Positions 11,376 through 21,533 of a stretch of 62,906 nucleotides of DNA are shown in pieces (position 1 is the first letter of the stretch; every line of letters begins with the position of its first letter). The stretch comes from an uncultured Pseudomonadota bacterium (GTDB lineage: Bacteria > Pseudomonadota > Alphaproteobacteria > RF32 > CAG-239), in assembly GCA_949290295.1 (NCBI GenBank), contig CASERH010000009.1, positions 1-62,906 of the forward strand. The letters run 5' to 3'. The notes under the pieces are model-generated. The model was not told the DNA's origin and made no database searches. It was given only the letters and a program-made list of their open reading frames with translations. Position numbers and translations under genes: made by a program.

Positions 11376-12638
11376 TTAAATCTTGAGTAGGCGTTTCAGC
11401 TCGTCGTATTCAATCTTCTGGTCAATGGCACCGAGCAGGGTGTAGGTTGGATTAGAAGAAAATATTCGTCTGGCCAAGCGCATAATATCATCTTGTGAAA
11501 CTTTTTCGATTCTCTCAACCATTTCTTCAACCGGAATAATGCGGTTATAGATGAGTAGTTGCCTGGCCAACATTTCGGCAGTGGAGGAGGGGCTTTCAAG
11601 CGCCATCAGCATACTGGCTTTCATCTGTGTTTTGGCTCGTTGCAGCTCTTTGGCAGAAACCGGCTCTTGGCAAATTTTGTTAATTTCGGTAGCAATAACC
11701 GGCAGCAGTTGTTTTAGGTCCTTGGCTCCCGTGCCGGCATAAATACCGAGCAGGCCGGTGTTGGTATGGGCCGCGGTAAAACTGTAGACGGTGTAGGCAA
11801 GGCCTCGTTTTTCGCGCACTTCTTGGAACAGACGCGATGTCATACCACCCCCCAACAGATTAGCCAAAATAACGCTTGGGTAGTAGTCTTCGGTTTCATA
11901 AGGCAGGCCCTGGAAACCAAGCATAACGTGAGCTTGTTCGATTTGGCGCGGTTCAAAGAAGGAGCCTCCCTGATATTTTTGTGTATCAGGTGAAAAATGA
12001 GTGTGCGGCTGTAGGGAGGAAAGGCGCTGCTCAATCATTTTTACAAAATTTTCGTGGTCAATATTGCCGACTGCGCAAGCTACGATATTTTCTGCCGCAT
12101 AGTTGGTTTTGAGGTAGTTAAACAACGTTTCGCGGCTAAAAGAGCGAACATGTTTTTTTGAGCCCAAAATCGGACGTCCCAAAGCTTGGTTTGGAAAGGC
12201 TGTTTCCTGCAGATAGTCAAAAATGATATCATCCGGCGTGTCAAAAGTTTGTTTGATTTCTTGAACGACAACTTCTTGTTCTTTTTTGAGTTCATCTGCC
12301 GGAAAGATTGAATTGCAAAGAGAATCCGTTAAGACATCAACTGCCAGCTCCAAATCATTTTTAAGCATTTTTGCATAATAGGCGGTAAACTCTCTGGCGG
12401 TATAAGCATTAGATTGTCCGCCGGCATCTTCGATTTCCTCAGATATTTGCAAAGCCGTGCGGGTGTTGGTTCCCTTAAAGGACATATGTTCCAAAAAGTG
12501 AGAAATTCCATTAATTTCTTCCGTCTCATAAGCAGAACCGGTCTTAACCCACAAGCCAACCGTCACGCTCTCAAGCTGAGGAAAGTTAGAGGTGATAATG
12601 CGAAGACCGTTTTTCAAAGTGGTAATTTGAGATTGCAT
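11376..12638 (-). CDS. M16-family zinc peptidase (processing-peptidase-like)
   Basis: GISHFLEHMSFKG (inverted HxxEH zinc motif); 420 aa. Confidence 0.87.
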   Translation of the reverse strand: MQSQITTLKNGLRIITSNFPQLESVTVGLWVKTGSAYETEEINGISHFLEHMSFKGTNTRTALQISEEIEDAGGQSNAYTAREFTAYYAKMLKNDLELAVDVLTDSLCNSIFPADELKKEQEVVVQEIKQTFDTPDDIIFDYLQETAFPNQALGRPILGSKKHVRSFSRETLFNYLKTNYAAENIVACAVGNIDHENFVKMIEQRLSSLQPHTHFSPDTQKYQGGSFFEPRQIEQAHVMLGFQGLPYETEDYYPSVILANLLGGGMTSRLFQEVREKRGLAYTVYSFTAAHTNTGLLGIYAGTGAKDLKQLLPVIATEINKICQEPVSAKELQRAKTQMKASMLMALESPSSTAEMLARQLLIYNRIIPVEEMVERIEKVSQDDIMRLARRIFSSNPTYTLLGAIDQKIEYDELKRLLKI

Positions 12639-12748
12639 AATTTTAGTTGCTTTCGTTTCAAGACTAATTATATTGTAGAAAAGATAAGGATATTTATAAA
12701 GCGAACAAAGCCGTTTGACAACAGCTATTTTAACGAAAGGAATTTTTG

Positions 12749-13435
12749 ATGGAAGAACAAGCCCCCAAATTTGCGGTAATACTCTCTGGTTGCGGAGTTT
12801 TTGACGGCTCGGAAATCCACGAGGCCGTATGCACCATGTTGGCGATAGAACAGTCGGGCTGCACCTACCAGTGTTTTGCCCCCAACACCTGGCAAGCCCG
12901 AACCATAGATCATTTTACCGGCCATGCGGTAGCCATTGCCGGCGATGAAGATAATCGCAATGTTTTGGCAGAATCCGCACGCATTGCCAGAGGAAACGTT
13001 AAAGATATTGCTGAGTTCAAGGCCAAAGATTATGACGCAATAGTGTTTCCCGGCGGTTTTGGCGCCGCGCTCAATTGGAGCGATTTTGCGGTTAAGGGCG
13101 CGGAATGTGACGTTAATGTTGAAATCCGTCGTGCTCTGGAAGAAAGCTATAAGGAAGGTATCGTTATCGGTGCAATGTGTATTGCGCCGGTTGTCGTTGC
13201 CAAGGTTTTGGGTAAAGAGGGGATTCATCTAACAATCGGTAATGATAAGAAAGTAGCCGCCGGCTTGGCCAAAATGGGTGCCGTAGCAGAGGAGAAAAGA
13301 GCAACAGAGGTTTGCGTGGATGCAGAGCATAAGATTGTAACCACGCCATGCTATATGTTGGCCACCTCTTTGCCTGAGATTTATGATGCTACTCGGAATT
13401 TGGTAGATGAGATGCTGGAGCTGATGGATTATTAG
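12749..13435 (+). CDS. elbB: isoprenoid-biosynthesis glyoxalase ElbB (DJ-1/PfpI family)
   Basis: FAVILSGCGVFDGSEIHE...FPGGFGA...GAMCIAP motifs. ATG at 12749, just after the TTG at 12746. Confidence 0.8.
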   Translation: MEEQAPKFAVILSGCGVFDGSEIHEAVCTMLAIEQSGCTYQCFAPNTWQARTIDHFTGHAVAIAGDEDNRNVLAESARIARGNVKDIAEFKAKDYDAIVFPGGFGAALNWSDFAVKGAECDVNVEIRRALEESYKEGIVIGAMCIAPVVVAKVLGKEGIHLTIGNDKKVAAGLAKMGAVAEEKRATEVCVDAEHKIVTTPCYMLATSLPEIYDATRNLVDEMLELMDY

Positions 13436-14508
13436 CTTTTTATTGCCTCAGAAACAGCTCTCTTGGCAGACAAGACGGCTGTTTCCATGCAACAGGGGTA
13501 GTTCTTCATTGTCCAGTCCCCGGCAATAAAGACATTTGGATATTGGGTTCCGGCGTTTTCGGGACGCCGTGCGTTTGCGTCTGTATCTTGAGCGATGGTG
13601 GCATGCTTGTGGTACAAAACCTTAAACGGCGGAACAAAAGCTGAAGTGACCCCGCGCAATTTATCAAGCTCCTGCCATACTTCTCTGGCTAAATCTTGAA
13701 GATTAACATAGTCCTCTCCAACGGCTGAAATCGTCACTCCCAAAATATTGTTATGAACAAAAATCCAGTCGGCAATGCCATTTACCACCGCCACAAAGGA
13801 AACACCATGGGGCAGAAAGATCTTTTGCGAGGTACGGTAGAAAATATTGATGATACCGTTATGGGCAAGAGGCTCAACTTTGAGCAGCTTAGCACAGTTG
13901 CGGTTATCAAGCGCCAGAATGACCTTGTCATCGGCACCGAGTTCCACCTGACGATTATTAAAGTCAAGCTGCGCTGCACGTCCAAATTGGGTTTCTATTT
14001 TAAGCAATTTGGTACCATAAAAAATCTCGTCGGCAAAAGGTGTCAACAAGTTGATTATTCTTTGGCTCAAATCATGCTTGGAAAAATAGATTTTGCGTTT
14101 GTAGGGCAGCCAGGGGAAAGTCTGCTTTATGATGCTTTTAACAATCTCTGAAGAGATTTGTTCGGCCTTGGTATTGCAGCAAGATTTTAGAATATGATCT
14201 TTAAAAGGTAATAATTTAGAAGACAAAGTTTCGTCTTTAACATTCCAAAACAGGCATTTTTTTTCCCATTCATCAGATTTAACAAAATGCCTCATTTCCC
14301 TGTTGGCGCTAAGAATGACATGAGTGGCACAATCAAGCACCTGCGAAAAATCATCGTCCTGGTAAGAACGGCATCTGCCTCCTGGAGCATCTGCCGCCTC
14401 ATATACAATTGTGTGTATCCAAGGATACTTTTGCTTGAGAATACGTGCGCAAGACAATCCAGCCAACCCGGCACCGATGATATGATATGTTGCGTGCTTT
14501 TTTTCCAT
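13432..14508 (-). CDS. hpnE: hydroxysqualene dehydroxylase HpnE-like FAD-dependent oxidoreductase
   Basis: N-terminal IIGAGLAGLSCA dinucleotide fold. It is the last gene of the hpnC-hpnD-hpnE arrangement. At 358 aa it is shorter than I remember typical HpnE. Confidence 0.7.
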   Translation of the reverse strand: MEKKHATYHIIGAGLAGLSCARILKQKYPWIHTIVYEAADAPGGRCRSYQDDDFSQVLDCATHVILSANREMRHFVKSDEWEKKCLFWNVKDETLSSKLLPFKDHILKSCCNTKAEQISSEIVKSIIKQTFPWLPYKRKIYFSKHDLSQRIINLLTPFADEIFYGTKLLKIETQFGRAAQLDFNNRQVELGADDKVILALDNRNCAKLLKVEPLAHNGIINIFYRTSQKIFLPHGVSFVAVVNGIADWIFVHNNILGVTISAVGEDYVNLQDLAREVWQELDKLRGVTSAFVPPFKVLYHKHATIAQDTDANARRPENAGTQYPNVFIAGDWTMKNYPCCMETAVLSAKRAVSEAIKS

Positions 14509-15342
14509 TTATTTTCCAAACCAGGCTTTAAGCAACAAGCACAATTTCACCGGCCGACTAATACGCGGCTTTGGGGAGATAATTTCCCAACCTCGATTTT
14601 TCATGATATCAAAATATCTCTTGTAGATATAAGCCATCATCTTCACCGGGCGCGCCGCTTTTTTCGGCAGCTTTTTGATATATTCAAAAGCTTTTTTATA
14701 ATCTTCTTCGGCAATTTTAGAGAGCTCCTCTCTGGCAATGGCCAAATTCTTATCAAACAATACTGCCTCTGGGTCGCGTGAAGATATATTTGCCTTATCT
14801 AGCATTTCTGACGGAATATAAATACGCCGGGCCTGAGCATCTTCTTTGACATCACGCAAAATATTGGTAATCTGCAAAGCCCTGCCAAGCGAGGAAGAAA
14901 GATTCTTAATCAAATTTTCATCCGTACAGCCGAAAATGCGCAAAGTCAACCTTCCTGGGACACCGGCAACGCCCTGACAATATTTGTTAAAAACCTCAAG
15001 AGTCGGCGCCTGCAAAGGGTCTGGCAAATCCATTGAGATGCTGTCTAGCATTTGGATAAAATCTTCCTTGGGGAGTTTAAAGCGCATACAGTTTTTATAA
15101 ATTTTGCGTCCGATTTCGGTGGTGGGAACTTTTTTATCATAAATATTATCAAGCTCCTGGCGCCAGGCTTCAATCAACTCCTGTTTTTCAGCCACGGGGG
15201 CATCGCCGTCGACAATATCATCAATATGGCGGAAAAAAGCATAAATCGTATACATGGCATTGCGCTTTGGTGAGGGCAGCATCCTGATACTCCAAAAGAA
15301 AGAAGTTCCGGATTTCTTCACCATTTTTTTTATATTTTTCAT
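14509..15342 (-). CDS. hpnD: presqualene diphosphate synthase HpnD (squalene/phytoene synthase family)
   Basis: SGTSFFWSIRMLP and Asp-rich motifs (RHIDDIVDGD; NILRDVKEDA). The ATG at 15342 overlaps the hpnC stop (ATGA). Confidence 0.8.
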   Translation of the reverse strand: MKNIKKMVKKSGTSFFWSIRMLPSPKRNAMYTIYAFFRHIDDIVDGDAPVAEKQELIEAWRQELDNIYDKKVPTTEIGRKIYKNCMRFKLPKEDFIQMLDSISMDLPDPLQAPTLEVFNKYCQGVAGVPGRLTLRIFGCTDENLIKNLSSSLGRALQITNILRDVKEDAQARRIYIPSEMLDKANISSRDPEAVLFDKNLAIAREELSKIAEEDYKKAFEYIKKLPKKAARPVKMMAYIYKRYFDIMKNRGWEIISPKPRISRPVKLCLLLKAWFGK

Positions 15343-16175
15343 TTGATTTTGTTGTTGCTTTTGCACAATTTCATCCTTGTAAATAGTCCTAACCCGATAC
15401 CGGCCAGGAAAGCTTTCTGCCAATCAAGCAAATTCAGTTTCGGTCTTAAGGCAATAACATCGCCTTTTTCTATCTTTTTTAACATAGAATTGGTTAAGGA
15501 AAAGATAACGCCAAGCTCTGCTTTTAACCTGCGACTTTGAATTAAAGAAAAAAGAATTTTCGCATCTTTGAGCATAGCCTTAAGGCGGATAGTGATGTCT
15601 TTTATAAGAGCTTGCAAGGCGGGTGTGGCCTTGGTTAAGTAAATATCAGTAAATTCAACACCATATTTATTCATCATTTGGGTCGGCAGATAGCAGCGTC
15701 TAAGAGTGCAGGCGTCCGTCTTCATATCTTGTAGGTGATTTGTTATTTGCAAGACGGCGCATAATGTTTCTGCCGGCAGATAAGCCGCCGCCGATTCGTC
15801 ATGAATGGCAAGCATAAATCTACCAACCGGTGCGGCAGAATATTTGCAATAATCAAGCAACTGTTCCCAAATTTCGATGGGCGTATTCTTAGCATCGCGC
15901 CTAAAAGCTTCCAAAAGGTCGGTATAAAGGTGGCAGTCGAGATTTTCGCCAACAAAAATACGTCCCAAATCTCCGGCTACTGTGTCATTTACAGCAAAGA
16001 AATTTTTTTCTTCTTCATTTAAGAGCAGTAATTTTTGTGTATCGGAAAGGTTGGGGGCATCAGCAATATCATCAGCCTTTCTGGCAGCGGCATAATAAGC
16101 CTGCACGACTGGGCGAAGCTTTGGGCTAACCAAACGCCCGACCGGAAAATTTTCATCTCTTGCAGTTTTATTCAT
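15339..16175 (-). CDS. hpnC: hydroxysqualene synthase HpnC (squalene/phytoene synthase family)
   Basis: N-terminal ENFPVGRL, RKADDIAD and NHLQDMKTD motifs. Its start overlaps the trmFO stop (ATGA). Confidence 0.8.
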   Translation of the reverse strand: MNKTARDENFPVGRLVSPKLRPVVQAYYAAARKADDIADAPNLSDTQKLLLLNEEEKNFFAVNDTVAGDLGRIFVGENLDCHLYTDLLEAFRRDAKNTPIEIWEQLLDYCKYSAAPVGRFMLAIHDESAAAYLPAETLCAVLQITNHLQDMKTDACTLRRCYLPTQMMNKYGVEFTDIYLTKATPALQALIKDITIRLKAMLKDAKILFSLIQSRRLKAELGVIFSLTNSMLKKIEKGDVIALRPKLNLLDWQKAFLAGIGLGLFTRMKLCKSNNKIK

Positions 16176-17518
16176 AGTGATTCAATCCATTCATCTATTT
16201 TGGCCAGTGCCCGTTGGCAATAAGCCTGTTTTCGCTCTGTCCCCTTAATTTTTCTAAATTTACCGTTGACGGTTGTTTCTCCGCTGATGGTAGGAAATAA
16301 GCCAAAATTGATATTCATTGGCTGAAAATTTTCAACATTGGTATCATCTTGCAGATGATAAAGCATAGAGCCGATGGCGGTTTCTCTGGGTGGCAGCTGG
16401 GGCGTGGTTCCCCTCAGCTCGCAAGCGGCAAAAAATCCGGCCAGCCAGCCGATGGAGGCGCTCTCGATATATCCCTCACAACCGGTGATCTGCCCTGCAA
16501 AAGATATGTTGGGAGATTTTTTAAGGCGCAAAAAATTGTCAAGAAGAACGGGGCTTTTGATGAATGTGTTTTTATGTATGCCGCCAAGCCGTGCAAATTT
16601 GGCATTTTCAAGCCCGGGGATCATTCTAAAGATGCGTTGCTGTTCGCCATGTTTAAGCTTGGTCTGAAAACCGACCATATTGCGCAGAGTGTCTTCTTTG
16701 TTGTCTTGGCGCAGTTGTACTACGGCATAAGGTTTTTGCCCCGGTGTATGCGGGTTTGTAAGGCCGACAGGTTTCATGGGGCCAAAAAGCAGGGTGTCAA
16801 GGCCTCTTTCTGCCATGACCTCAATCGGCAGACAGCCGTCAAAATATTCGGCTTTTTCAAAGTCGTGGAATTCAACTTTATCACCGCTTTTCAAGGCCTC
16901 GACAAAGGTGTAATATTCATCCTTATCAAGCGGACAGTTGATGTAGTCGTATTTATCTCCCTTATCATAACGAGATTGATACCAGGCCTTGTCAAAATCA
17001 ATGCTGTCCTTATAGACAACCGGCGCAATAGCATCATAGAAATTGAGAGATTGGTGGTCAACTTCAGATAAAATTGCTTCAATCAGAGAGGGGGAGGTCA
17101 AGGGTCCGCTTGCCACAATCCAGCGCTCTGAAGAGTTAATGGGAAGATTTGTAATTTCTTCTGCGACAAAGCGGATTTTAGGGTGTTGGCGAAGTTTTTG
17201 CGTCACCATCTGGGCAAAGCCATCTCTATCAACGGCCAAAGATCCACCGGCCGGAACTTTTGTGGCATCAGCGCATTGCATAATGAGTGATTTCAAGCGT
17301 CGCATTTCTTCATGCAATAGTCCGACAGCGGAACAAGCGCTGTCATCCGAGCGTAAAGAGTTAGAACAAACAAGCTCGGCGCAATATTCAGTTTTGTGGG
17401 CTGGAGAAGCTTTTTTTGGCCGCATTTCATGAATGATTACATCAATTCCTCTGTTGGCAAGCTGCCAAGCCGCCTCGCTTCCGGCCAGACCGGCGCCGAT
17501 GATATGAATTTCTGGCAT
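16172..17518 (-). CDS. trmFO: methylenetetrahydrofolate--tRNA-(uracil-5-)-methyltransferase TrmFO
   Basis: IHIIGAGLAGSEAAWQLA...ELVCSNS...GQITGCEGYIES motifs. ATG at 17518 preferred. Confidence 0.9.
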   Translation of the reverse strand: MPEIHIIGAGLAGSEAAWQLANRGIDVIIHEMRPKKASPAHKTEYCAELVCSNSLRSDDSACSAVGLLHEEMRRLKSLIMQCADATKVPAGGSLAVDRDGFAQMVTQKLRQHPKIRFVAEEITNLPINSSERWIVASGPLTSPSLIEAILSEVDHQSLNFYDAIAPVVYKDSIDFDKAWYQSRYDKGDKYDYINCPLDKDEYYTFVEALKSGDKVEFHDFEKAEYFDGCLPIEVMAERGLDTLLFGPMKPVGLTNPHTPGQKPYAVVQLRQDNKEDTLRNMVGFQTKLKHGEQQRIFRMIPGLENAKFARLGGIHKNTFIKSPVLLDNFLRLKKSPNISFAGQITGCEGYIESASIGWLAGFFAACELRGTTPQLPPRETAIGSMLYHLQDDTNVENFQPMNINFGLFPTISGETTVNGKFRKIKGTERKQAYCQRALAKIDEWIESL

Positions 17519-17673
17519 GATAAAAATCCCGTACAAAAATTTTTATTCTTATACGTTTTTTGAAGGTATTTGTAAACAAAAACTTCTTATGATAAGTTGA
17601 GTATAGTATTTGCCAAGCGAGATAAAAGAGAATATAGTAGAAAAAAATAAAAACGAGAAGCACCAAAAAGATA

Positions 17674-18870
17674 ATGTTACGTCTTGGTTTTATAGGGCTG
17701 ATAGCCGCTGTTTTTTTTAATCCTGCCTGGGTGAAAGCCAGCGAGGATATGGATCTGTTTGTCTTTGGAGATGAGATTCCGGTTGAAGAGGTTGACTCAG
17801 CTAAGGTTTCTCCCGTCACCTGGCACGAGGAAGAAGCTCCTGTCCTGCAAAGCAGTATTCCCGCAGAAGATGAATTACCAACAACGGCTGAAAAGGCAGT
17901 TTCACCTTCATCAAACCAAGATTTTACACCGCCGCCTTCAGACATTCCGTTTAATATAGAAACACAAAAGCCAACTGCGCAAAAAAGCGATTCTTCGGAT
18001 AATCCTCAGACAGGTACTCAAAACGCCCAAGAAGTTTCTTTACCCAATGTATCTCAAGAAAAAACACTGACAGAAACTCTTAAATCAGATACGGGAGCAG
18101 AAAAGCCATCGATTCCGATACCAGATGTAAAAGACACCTGGGTTGGCAAATTGGCAGAGAACAATCCTCTATCGCTGCTGAAAAACGATGAAACTTCCAA
18201 GACCGACAGCGCAACGCTTGAAAGTTTGGTTGATGATGCCAGAGGGACGGCAGAAAACCCAAATCGCCGTTCAAATGCCTCGGTGTTTGATATTTCGGGC
18301 GTGATGCTGAGAATGAGCCTGAAACAAGTAGATTCCACCATGCAAAACCGTGGTTTCAGGAAAGTGATGCAAAAGTACCAAATACCAAATTTCATCAAGT
18401 GGCGCAATGAGGAGTATTGCCGCAACAGTGGCGTTGTCGGCTATGAAAGGCTGGAGGCCTGTATAGCACAAAAAGCCAAAAAAGATAACCATCAGTATGT
18501 ACAAACGACCCAATACATGAAGTATGACACCAAAGAAGAAATGGTTGTGACATTCAGCAGCAATTTTACGGATAACAAGGTCATCAAGATTGTCTATAAA
18601 AGCCAAGCAGCCAACATCACCGGCAATAGTCCCAAGGCTGTTTACCTGCGAAATATAAAAATTTACGATTTTTGGAAAAAAATTAACCAAAAGTATGGTA
18701 AACCGGACGATAAAGAAAACGTAACCTGGGGAATGGGCGGAGATAAACCTTTCTTGAAGGCATCAACGGGTTATCTGAAATTGGAAGATCCGATGCTAAG
18801 GGAACTTGATTATACCAGAATGTCAAGGGAAGACCAGCGTTACATGAACACGGATTTATATAGCTTTTAA
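17674..18870 (+). CDS. hypothetical secreted protein
   Basis: 398 aa with a signal peptide (LIAAVFFNPAWVKA), a Pro/Ser/Glu-rich low-complexity middle and a structured C-terminal ~200 aa. It ends 8 nt before chpT. Confidence 0.6.
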   Translation: MLRLGFIGLIAAVFFNPAWVKASEDMDLFVFGDEIPVEEVDSAKVSPVTWHEEEAPVLQSSIPAEDELPTTAEKAVSPSSNQDFTPPPSDIPFNIETQKPTAQKSDSSDNPQTGTQNAQEVSLPNVSQEKTLTETLKSDTGAEKPSIPIPDVKDTWVGKLAENNPLSLLKNDETSKTDSATLESLVDDARGTAENPNRRSNASVFDISGVMLRMSLKQVDSTMQNRGFRKVMQKYQIPNFIKWRNEEYCRNSGVVGYERLEACIAQKAKKDNHQYVQTTQYMKYDTKEEMVVTFSSNFTDNKVIKIVYKSQAANITGNSPKAVYLRNIKIYDFWKKINQKYGKPDDKENVTWGMGGDKPFLKASTGYLKLEDPMLRELDYTRMSREDQRYMNTDLYSF

Positions 18871-18878
18871 GGTGAAAA

Positions 18879-19475
18879 ATGAATAGTCTTGTTTCAGAAC
18901 TGATATGTACACGCATAAGCCATGATTTGATAGGAAACATCGGGGCCGTTTCCAACGCGGTTGAACTGTTGGAAGATGGAGATATGGATTTTTTAGGTGA
19001 TATCAAGTCGATTCTCAAAACCAGCTCAAGCGTGCTGTCTTCCAGACTGAAATTCTTTCGCATGGCTTTTGGCCTAAGCAATGCCAATTTGGAAAATCTG
19101 GACCAGGTGAAAGATGTAACGGCGGCATACCTTTCGACAGTTGGCGGCAAGACTCCTCCTACTTTGAAATTTGGCTTGACGGATGCTCGTTACAGCCGCG
19201 CGGTAATGTTGGTAGTGATGTCTGTCTCTGACCTGTTGGTGAAAGGCGGAGAGATAGCCGTTTTAAGTCAGGATGGCAAAGTTTATGTCAGCGTGGAAGC
19301 CGGAGCAAGACTGGCAGAAGAAAAAAAAGCACAAACGCTGTCTGTGCTGAAAGGCGCGGCCAAAGAGGTAGGCGCACAAGATGCCCCGACATTATACTTA
19401 TTAGAGGTGTGCAAGGCAAAAGGTTTTAGACTATCTTGCAGCGATGCCCCTGTTTTACGCTTTATTTTGGAGTAA
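18879..19475 (+). CDS. chpT: histidine phosphotransferase ChpT
   Basis: ICTRISHDLIGNIGAVSNAVELL matches the ChpT H-box region. 198 aa; next to ctrA. Confidence 0.75.
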   Translation: MNSLVSELICTRISHDLIGNIGAVSNAVELLEDGDMDFLGDIKSILKTSSSVLSSRLKFFRMAFGLSNANLENLDQVKDVTAAYLSTVGGKTPPTLKFGLTDARYSRAVMLVVMSVSDLLVKGGEIAVLSQDGKVYVSVEAGARLAEEKKAQTLSVLKGAAKEVGAQDAPTLYLLEVCKAKGFRLSCSDAPVLRFILE

Positions 19476-19478
19476 GAA

Positions 19479-19844
19479 ATGCCGCATTGTTTGATAGCAG
19501 ATGATTCCAAAATTATGAGAATGTTGCTCCGCAAAATCATGGAGAACTTTGGTTTTGATGTGACAGAGGCGGAAGACGGGGAAGAAGTCTTAGAGCATTG
19601 TGTTTCGGACCGTCCTGATTTAATCATCAGTGATTGGTCCTTGCCGCTGATAGACGGAATAGATGTACTATATAAAATAAGAGCAGATCGGAAGATAAAG
19701 CAACCACGCTTTTTGTTTTGCTCATATGTTACCGATGCAGCCATTATTCGCCAGGCATTAGACGGAGGGGCAGATGACTTCATTATGCGTCCGTTTGACG
19801 AGGACATTATTGGCAGTAAATTAGCCATCTTGGGACTATTGTAG
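19479..19844 (+). CDS. single-domain response-regulator receiver (CheY/CpdR-like)
   Basis: 121 aa with IADD, DLIISDWSLP (phospho-Asp) and FCSYV motifs. The conserved KPF position reads RPF. Confidence 0.85.
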   Translation: MPHCLIADDSKIMRMLLRKIMENFGFDVTEAEDGEEVLEHCVSDRPDLIISDWSLPLIDGIDVLYKIRADRKIKQPRFLFCSYVTDAAIIRQALDGGADDFIMRPFDEDIIGSKLAILGLL

Positions 19845-19853
19845 AGGGCAGGC

Positions 19854-20798
19854 ATGAAAAGACAAGACTTTGAATTTTTAGTAACGCTGTTAAGAGAAAA
19901 TGCCGGCTGGGATTTTGACGAAGAGCAGTATTTTGTGGTTGATAAAAAGATGTCAAATTTCATCCGCGAGAAAGGCTATGCCTCGGTAGAAGAGCTAATC
20001 GCGGAGCTCAAATTGGGTAGCCGCCCGCTCATCGCTCAGGTAGTTGAAAGTATGGCATTCTCAGATACCTCTTTTTACAGAGATTATGATGTATTCACAA
20101 GGTTTGAGAATTCTTTGTTGCCAAATCTCCGAGAAAATAACCGTGCCAGCAAAAAACTCCGTTTTTGGAGCTTGGGGTGCAGCACCGGGCAAGAAACTTA
20201 TTCGATTGCCTTTGCCATCAAGCGCAAGTTTATTGGCTTAGATAGCTGGGATATAAATATATTGGGAACAGATTTATCATCAATTGCCATAGCCAAGGCC
20301 CAAAGGGGACAATATAATAATTTTGAAGTCCAGATGGGCCTGAATGCACGGATGATTTTGGAATTTTTCCATCAAGACAGCAATAATCAGTGGTCAATCA
20401 ATGAAGATATTGCCAAGATGGTGGAATTTAGGCGCTACAATATGTTGGATGACGTGACCTATACATCAAAATACGAAGTTATTTTTTGCCGCAATGTTTT
20501 ACGTTACTTTGCTCCGGAGTATCAACAGCAGATTTTGGAGCGCATCAGCAATTGCCAAAACAGAGGCGGTATTCTTTATTTGGGCAAGAATGAGCATATT
20601 CCGGGGATAGAGGAATATTATGAAAAATTAGGCGGCTACAATTGTGTTTACGTTTGCAAGGGTGTTGAAAAACACCAAAGCAGCGAGCCGATATCGCAAA
20701 TTCCTTCTGCCACAACAGGAAACGGTATGCCAAAATTTGTAAGGCCGGATATTTTGAGTACCAAACGGCCGCTTGCCTCAGAATTCATCGGAAAGTAG
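19854..20798 (+). CDS. cheR: CheR-type protein-glutamate O-methyltransferase
   Basis: TSFYRD, RFWSLGCSTGQETYSIA (SAM-binding) and IFCRNVLRYF motifs. Confidence 0.85.
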   Translation: MKRQDFEFLVTLLRENAGWDFDEEQYFVVDKKMSNFIREKGYASVEELIAELKLGSRPLIAQVVESMAFSDTSFYRDYDVFTRFENSLLPNLRENNRASKKLRFWSLGCSTGQETYSIAFAIKRKFIGLDSWDINILGTDLSSIAIAKAQRGQYNNFEVQMGLNARMILEFFHQDSNNQWSINEDIAKMVEFRRYNMLDDVTYTSKYEVIFCRNVLRYFAPEYQQQILERISNCQNRGGILYLGKNEHIPGIEEYYEKLGGYNCVYVCKGVEKHQSSEPISQIPSATTGNGMPKFVRPDILSTKRPLASEFIGK

Positions 20799-20803
20799 GA
20801 AAC

Positions 20804-20832
20804 AAAAAAGCCGCCCAAAGGCGGCTTTTTTT
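20804..20832. terminator. bidirectional rho-independent terminator between cheR and ctrA
   Basis: AAAAAAGCCGCC-caaa-GGCGGCTTTTTTT. Confidence 0.85.
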
Positions 20833-20843
20833 GAAAAATAAGA

Positions 20844-21533
20844 CTAGCGCTTCGGCTCATCCGGATCTCTCAAGACATAGCCACGGCCCCAAACGGTTTC
20901 AATATAGTTTTTGCCGCCGGATGCTTTTTCAAGTTTTTTGCGTAGTTTGCAAATAAAGACATCAATAATCTTGAGTTCCGGCTCATCAATACCGCCATAG
21001 AGGTGGTTGAGGAATTGGTCTTTGTTGAGGGTAGATCCCTTGCGCAGAGACAAAAGCTCCATAATTCCATATTCTTTGCCGGTTAGGTGCAGAGCTTTAC
21101 CGCAAACAGTAACGGTCTGGTTGTCAAGGTTAACCTCGACATCGCCGGTGCGAATAATTGAGTTTGAGTGCCCTTTAGAGCGGCGGACGACGGCCTGAAT
21201 TCTGGCCAAAAGCTCTGATTTGTCAAAAGGCTTGGTCAAATAGTCATCAGCTCCATAGCCAAGACCTTTCACTTTCTTATCAGGCTCGCTCAAGCCAGAC
21301 AAGATAAGCACCGGCGTATTGACTTTTGCAGCGCGCAGGCTTTTTAAGACCTCATAGCCGTTCATATCCGGCAACATCAAATCCAAGATAATGATGTCGT
21401 AATCATAAAGCTTACCAATCTCCAATCCGTCTTCACCCAGGTCGGTGGTATCCACAATCATGCCTTCTTTTTTGAGCATTGTTTCAATGCTTTGGGAGAT
21501 GGCATAATCATCTTCAACAAGTAACACACGCAT
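20844..21533 (-). CDS. ctrA: cell-cycle response regulator CtrA (OmpR family)
   Basis: MRVLLVEDD...[16 protein letters not shown]...TKPF, plus a winged-helix C-terminus ending [11 protein letters not shown]. 229 aa; chpT is a neighbour. Confidence 0.85.
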   Translation of the reverse strand: MRVLLVEDDYAISQSIETMLKKEGMIVDTTDLGEDGLEIGKLYDYDIIILDLMLPDMNGYEVLKSLRAAKVNTPVLILSGLSEPDKKVKGLGYGADDYLTKPFDKSELLARIQAVVRRSKGHSNSIIRTGDVEVNLDNQTVTVCGKALHLTGKEYGIMELLSLRKGSTLNKDQFLNHLYGGIDEPELKIIDVFICKLRKKLEKASGGKNYIETVWGRGYVLRDPDEPKR

